Assembly: GCA_023257035.1 (NCBI GenBank)
Contig: JALRDI010000147.1
Span: forward strand, 1-50,032
DNA from: Ilumatobacteraceae bacterium
Lineage (GTDB): Bacteria > Actinomycetota > Acidimicrobiia > Acidimicrobiales > Ilumatobacteraceae
DNA length: 50,032 nt
Reading direction: 5' to 3'
This document shows positions 48,114-50,032 of this stretch, piece by piece. The notes below the pieces were generated by a model. The model was not told where the DNA came from, made no database searches, and worked only from the letters and a program-made list of their open reading frames with translations. Numbering within the stretch: position 1 is the stretch's first letter; the number at the start of each line of letters is the position of its first letter. The translations under genes were made by a program, and so were the position numbers.

Positions 48114-49059
48114 GTACCGCCCAGCAACCAATTGTTGTTTCGATCGTTTCGCCTGGGGCGGTGTAAAACGCAGCACCATCATCACGAATCGCGAGCGAGT
48201 GGACATCGGCAGTAACAAGATCGCCGGCATCTACCCGGCTGATTCGGATACCGACGCCGCCTAACTCGTAACTACTGCTTGTTGTCAGCACTGGACTCTC
48301 GAGTGGAGTTGGATCAATGATGCTGAGCAGGAGGTCAACGTCGACTGGCTTGCTGGTCATGCCGCCGCGTACGACGTTGTCGCTCGGCGCCATGAGTTCG
48401 ATGCCGGTCCCTGAGACATATGCGTGCAAATTCCCGGCATCGAGATGAATCGCTTCGCCCGGTTGTAACTGAACGAGGTTAAGTAGGAGCGCAACAGCAA
48501 CACTTGGCTCGTGTGGGTACATCTCATTGAGTTGAACGATGAGTTGAGCTTCTTTGGTTGTCGACGCTGCGCATGCCTTGACAATTGAAGGGATGTCGAT
48601 TCGAGAGTGGTATGCATCAGTGATGACCGATTTCGGGCCTTGAGCGAGCAACTGCTGTGCGAGGTCAACTAGACCGAGATCGGTCAACAACTCAACGCTG
48701 TGAGCAATTGGTCGAACACCACAGAGAGCAGTGAACTCGGTGAGCGCAATGAGTAACTCAGGCTTCGGGTTGGGGTCAGAAAAGTAACCCTGTTCGAAAC
48801 CGTGCTTGGCTTGGTGCGAGTTGGGGTGGGTTTGTAACGAGAGTGGACGCTCTGCAGAAAGAAGCTTCAGCAGGTACGGAAGTTCCCCTGTCTGCGCAGC
48901 AAGTGATGATCCGTCAGCAAATGTCGATGGCCCATTCGGATGAGTTCCAAGCCAATACTCAGCCCATGGTTGGCCATCTGGCTCTTGGCCGAGGAATTGA
49001 GGAATGGCATCAGTCGTACCCCATGGGTAGTGCTGCACTACGCCGGTGATCGGCCTCAT
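48103..49059 (-). CDS. manA: mannose-6-phosphate isomerase, type I
   Basis: VQHYPWGT, YWLGTHP, LSLQTHP and HAYVSGTGIELMAPSDNVVRGG motifs. ATG 49059 (MRPITG) is chosen because the longer ORF would overlap nucS. Confidence 0.85.
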   Translation of the reverse strand: MRPITGVVQHYPWGTTDAIPQFLGQEPDGQPWAEYWLGTHPNGPSTFADGSSLAAQTGELPYLLKLLSAERPLSLQTHPNSHQAKHGFEQGYFSDPNPKPELLIALTEFTALCGVRPIAHSVELLTDLGLVDLAQQLLAQGPKSVITDAYHSRIDIPSIVKACAASTTKEAQLIVQLNEMYPHEPSVAVALLLNLVQLQPGEAIHLDAGNLHAYVSGTGIELMAPSDNVVRGGMTSKPVDVDLLLSIIDPTPLESPVLTTSSSYELGGVGIRISRVDAGDLVTADVHSLAIRDDGAAFYTAPGETIETTIGCWAVLGA

Positions 49060-49108
49060 GGGCTGAACGATACTGCCGCAGTAACTCGCATCGATGAACA
49101 GCCGATTC

Positions 49109-49768
49109 TCAGAACAGCCTGAGTTCGTCGGGTGCAAGTCCACGCAGCGCGTCGTAATCGACTTCGACACATCGATACCCACGCGACTCCGCGAGCACTC
49201 GAGCCTGAGGCTTGATGACTTGCGCAACGAACATGCCGCGAACCTCTCCCAACGATGAGTCAAGGTGCAGGCGTTCGATGTAGCGACTGAGCTGCTCGAC
49301 TCCATCGATCTCTCCTCGCCGTTTCACCTCAATGGCGACGACACCGTCATCGGCATCTCGGCACACAAGGTCGACCGGTCCGATTGCGGTCGGGTACTCA
49401 CGTCGAACGAGCCGCAACCCATCTTCCATGACCTCGGGTGCAGCAGCGAGAAGTTCTTGTAAGTGAGCTTCGACACCGTCTTTCGTCAGCCCGGGGTCAT
49501 CCCCAAACTCATGAGAAAGTTCTTCGAAGACTTCGTGCAAGTTGATGGTGAGAGTCTCACCCTTTGGGTTGGTCACAACCCAGTGGTCGCCGTTGTCGGC
49601 CAGGGTGTTCGGTGAATTCATCCAGTTGAGAGGCTTATATGCGCCACCATCGGCATGAATCGCAACACAGCCGTCTGCTTTCACCATGATGAGCCGCACA
49701 GCCTCGGGAAGATGCGCCGAGAGTCGGCCGGCATAGTCAACGGAGCAACGAGCAATAAGAATTCGCAC
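49109..49768 (-). CDS. nucS: endonuclease NucS (EndoMS, mismatch-specific)
   Basis: [24 protein letters not shown]-terminus and C-terminal RecB-like nuclease core (GPVDLVCRD...[10 protein letters not shown]). Confidence 0.9.
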   Translation of the reverse strand: MRILIARCSVDYAGRLSAHLPEAVRLIMVKADGCVAIHADGGAYKPLNWMNSPNTLADNGDHWVVTNPKGETLTINLHEVFEELSHEFGDDPGLTKDGVEAHLQELLAAAPEVMEDGLRLVRREYPTAIGPVDLVCRDADDGVVAIEVKRRGEIDGVEQLSRYIERLHLDSSLGEVRGMFVAQVIKPQARVLAESRGYRCVEVDYDALRGLAPDELRLF

Positions 49769-49789
49769 GAGACGAAACTAGACGCTGGT

Positions 49790-50032
49790 TCAGCGTCGGG
49801 AGCGTTCCACGTGGGCACGCATGCGCTTTTGGATGAGTTCCCGGCGCTCTTGCAGTTCTCGGTAAGTGAGGCGGTCAGTTGACAGATCAACGCCGAACCC
49901 GGCCTTCACGCTGTCGAGATTGACCTGCATACGAGCCGCATCGATACCAATTTCTGTCATCAATCGTTCTCCGTGACGCTGCGCAAACATCATTGAGATA
50001 TTCGCGACCTCCGCGAGAAGATCAAGATCGGG
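49790..50032 (-). CDS. 3' part of an unidentified CDS (open to window edge)
   Basis: The frame stays open from the window end (…PDLDLLAEVANISMMFAQRHGERLMTEIGID…) to the stop at 49790-49792. No recognisable motif. Confidence 0.35.
   Translation of the reverse strand, partial: PDLDLLAEVANISMMFAQRHGERLMTEIGIDAARMQVNLDSVKAGFGVDLSTDRLTYRELQERRELIQKRMRAHVERSRR

Overview
This 50-kb window comes from a moderately high-GC bacterial chromosome that looks Actinomycetota-like. The basis is a NucS endonuclease, LLM/F420-type oxidoreductases, a DesA-type acyl-ACP desaturase, frequent GTG/TTG starts, 4-nt ATGA/GTGA gene overlaps, and a CUT1 sugar transporter with no ATPase of its own. I call about 50 protein-coding genes, one tRNA-Arg(CCT), one cytochrome P450 interrupted by an in-frame TAG, two copies of a LacI-type operator array and a few hairpin terminators. 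I saw no rRNA, CRISPR array, transposase, integrase, phage gene or recognisable defence or toxin-antitoxin module. Most genes encode accessory metabolism: amidohydrolases, SDRs, LLM oxidoreductases, MFS transporters, SRPBCC proteins, a methyltransferase and an aminotransferase. The clearest functional unit is a galactoside locus at 18.8-30.5 kb, directly after the tRNA. It holds LacI, two CUT1 permeases plus a binding protein, alpha-galactosidase-galT-galK, and an unexplained two-gene insert. A separate GH2 lacZ lies at 14.1-17.2 kb. I did not find a convincing complete new system. The best second-look candidates are: (1) the 12-bp-periodic perfect palindrome present at two loci, which ties an FG-GAP/ASPIC protein and a polytopic membrane protein with duplicated HT[VL]EH motifs to the galactoside genes; (2) a 658-aa secreted protein with 6-7 Cys-pair repeats; (3) a translationally coupled membrane-SRPBCC-SDR-P450 operon whose P450 carries an amber codon; (4) a DEAD-box helicase followed by an RraA-fold gene. 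All functional calls rest on motif recognition by eye. No database search was run, and start codons are best guesses.
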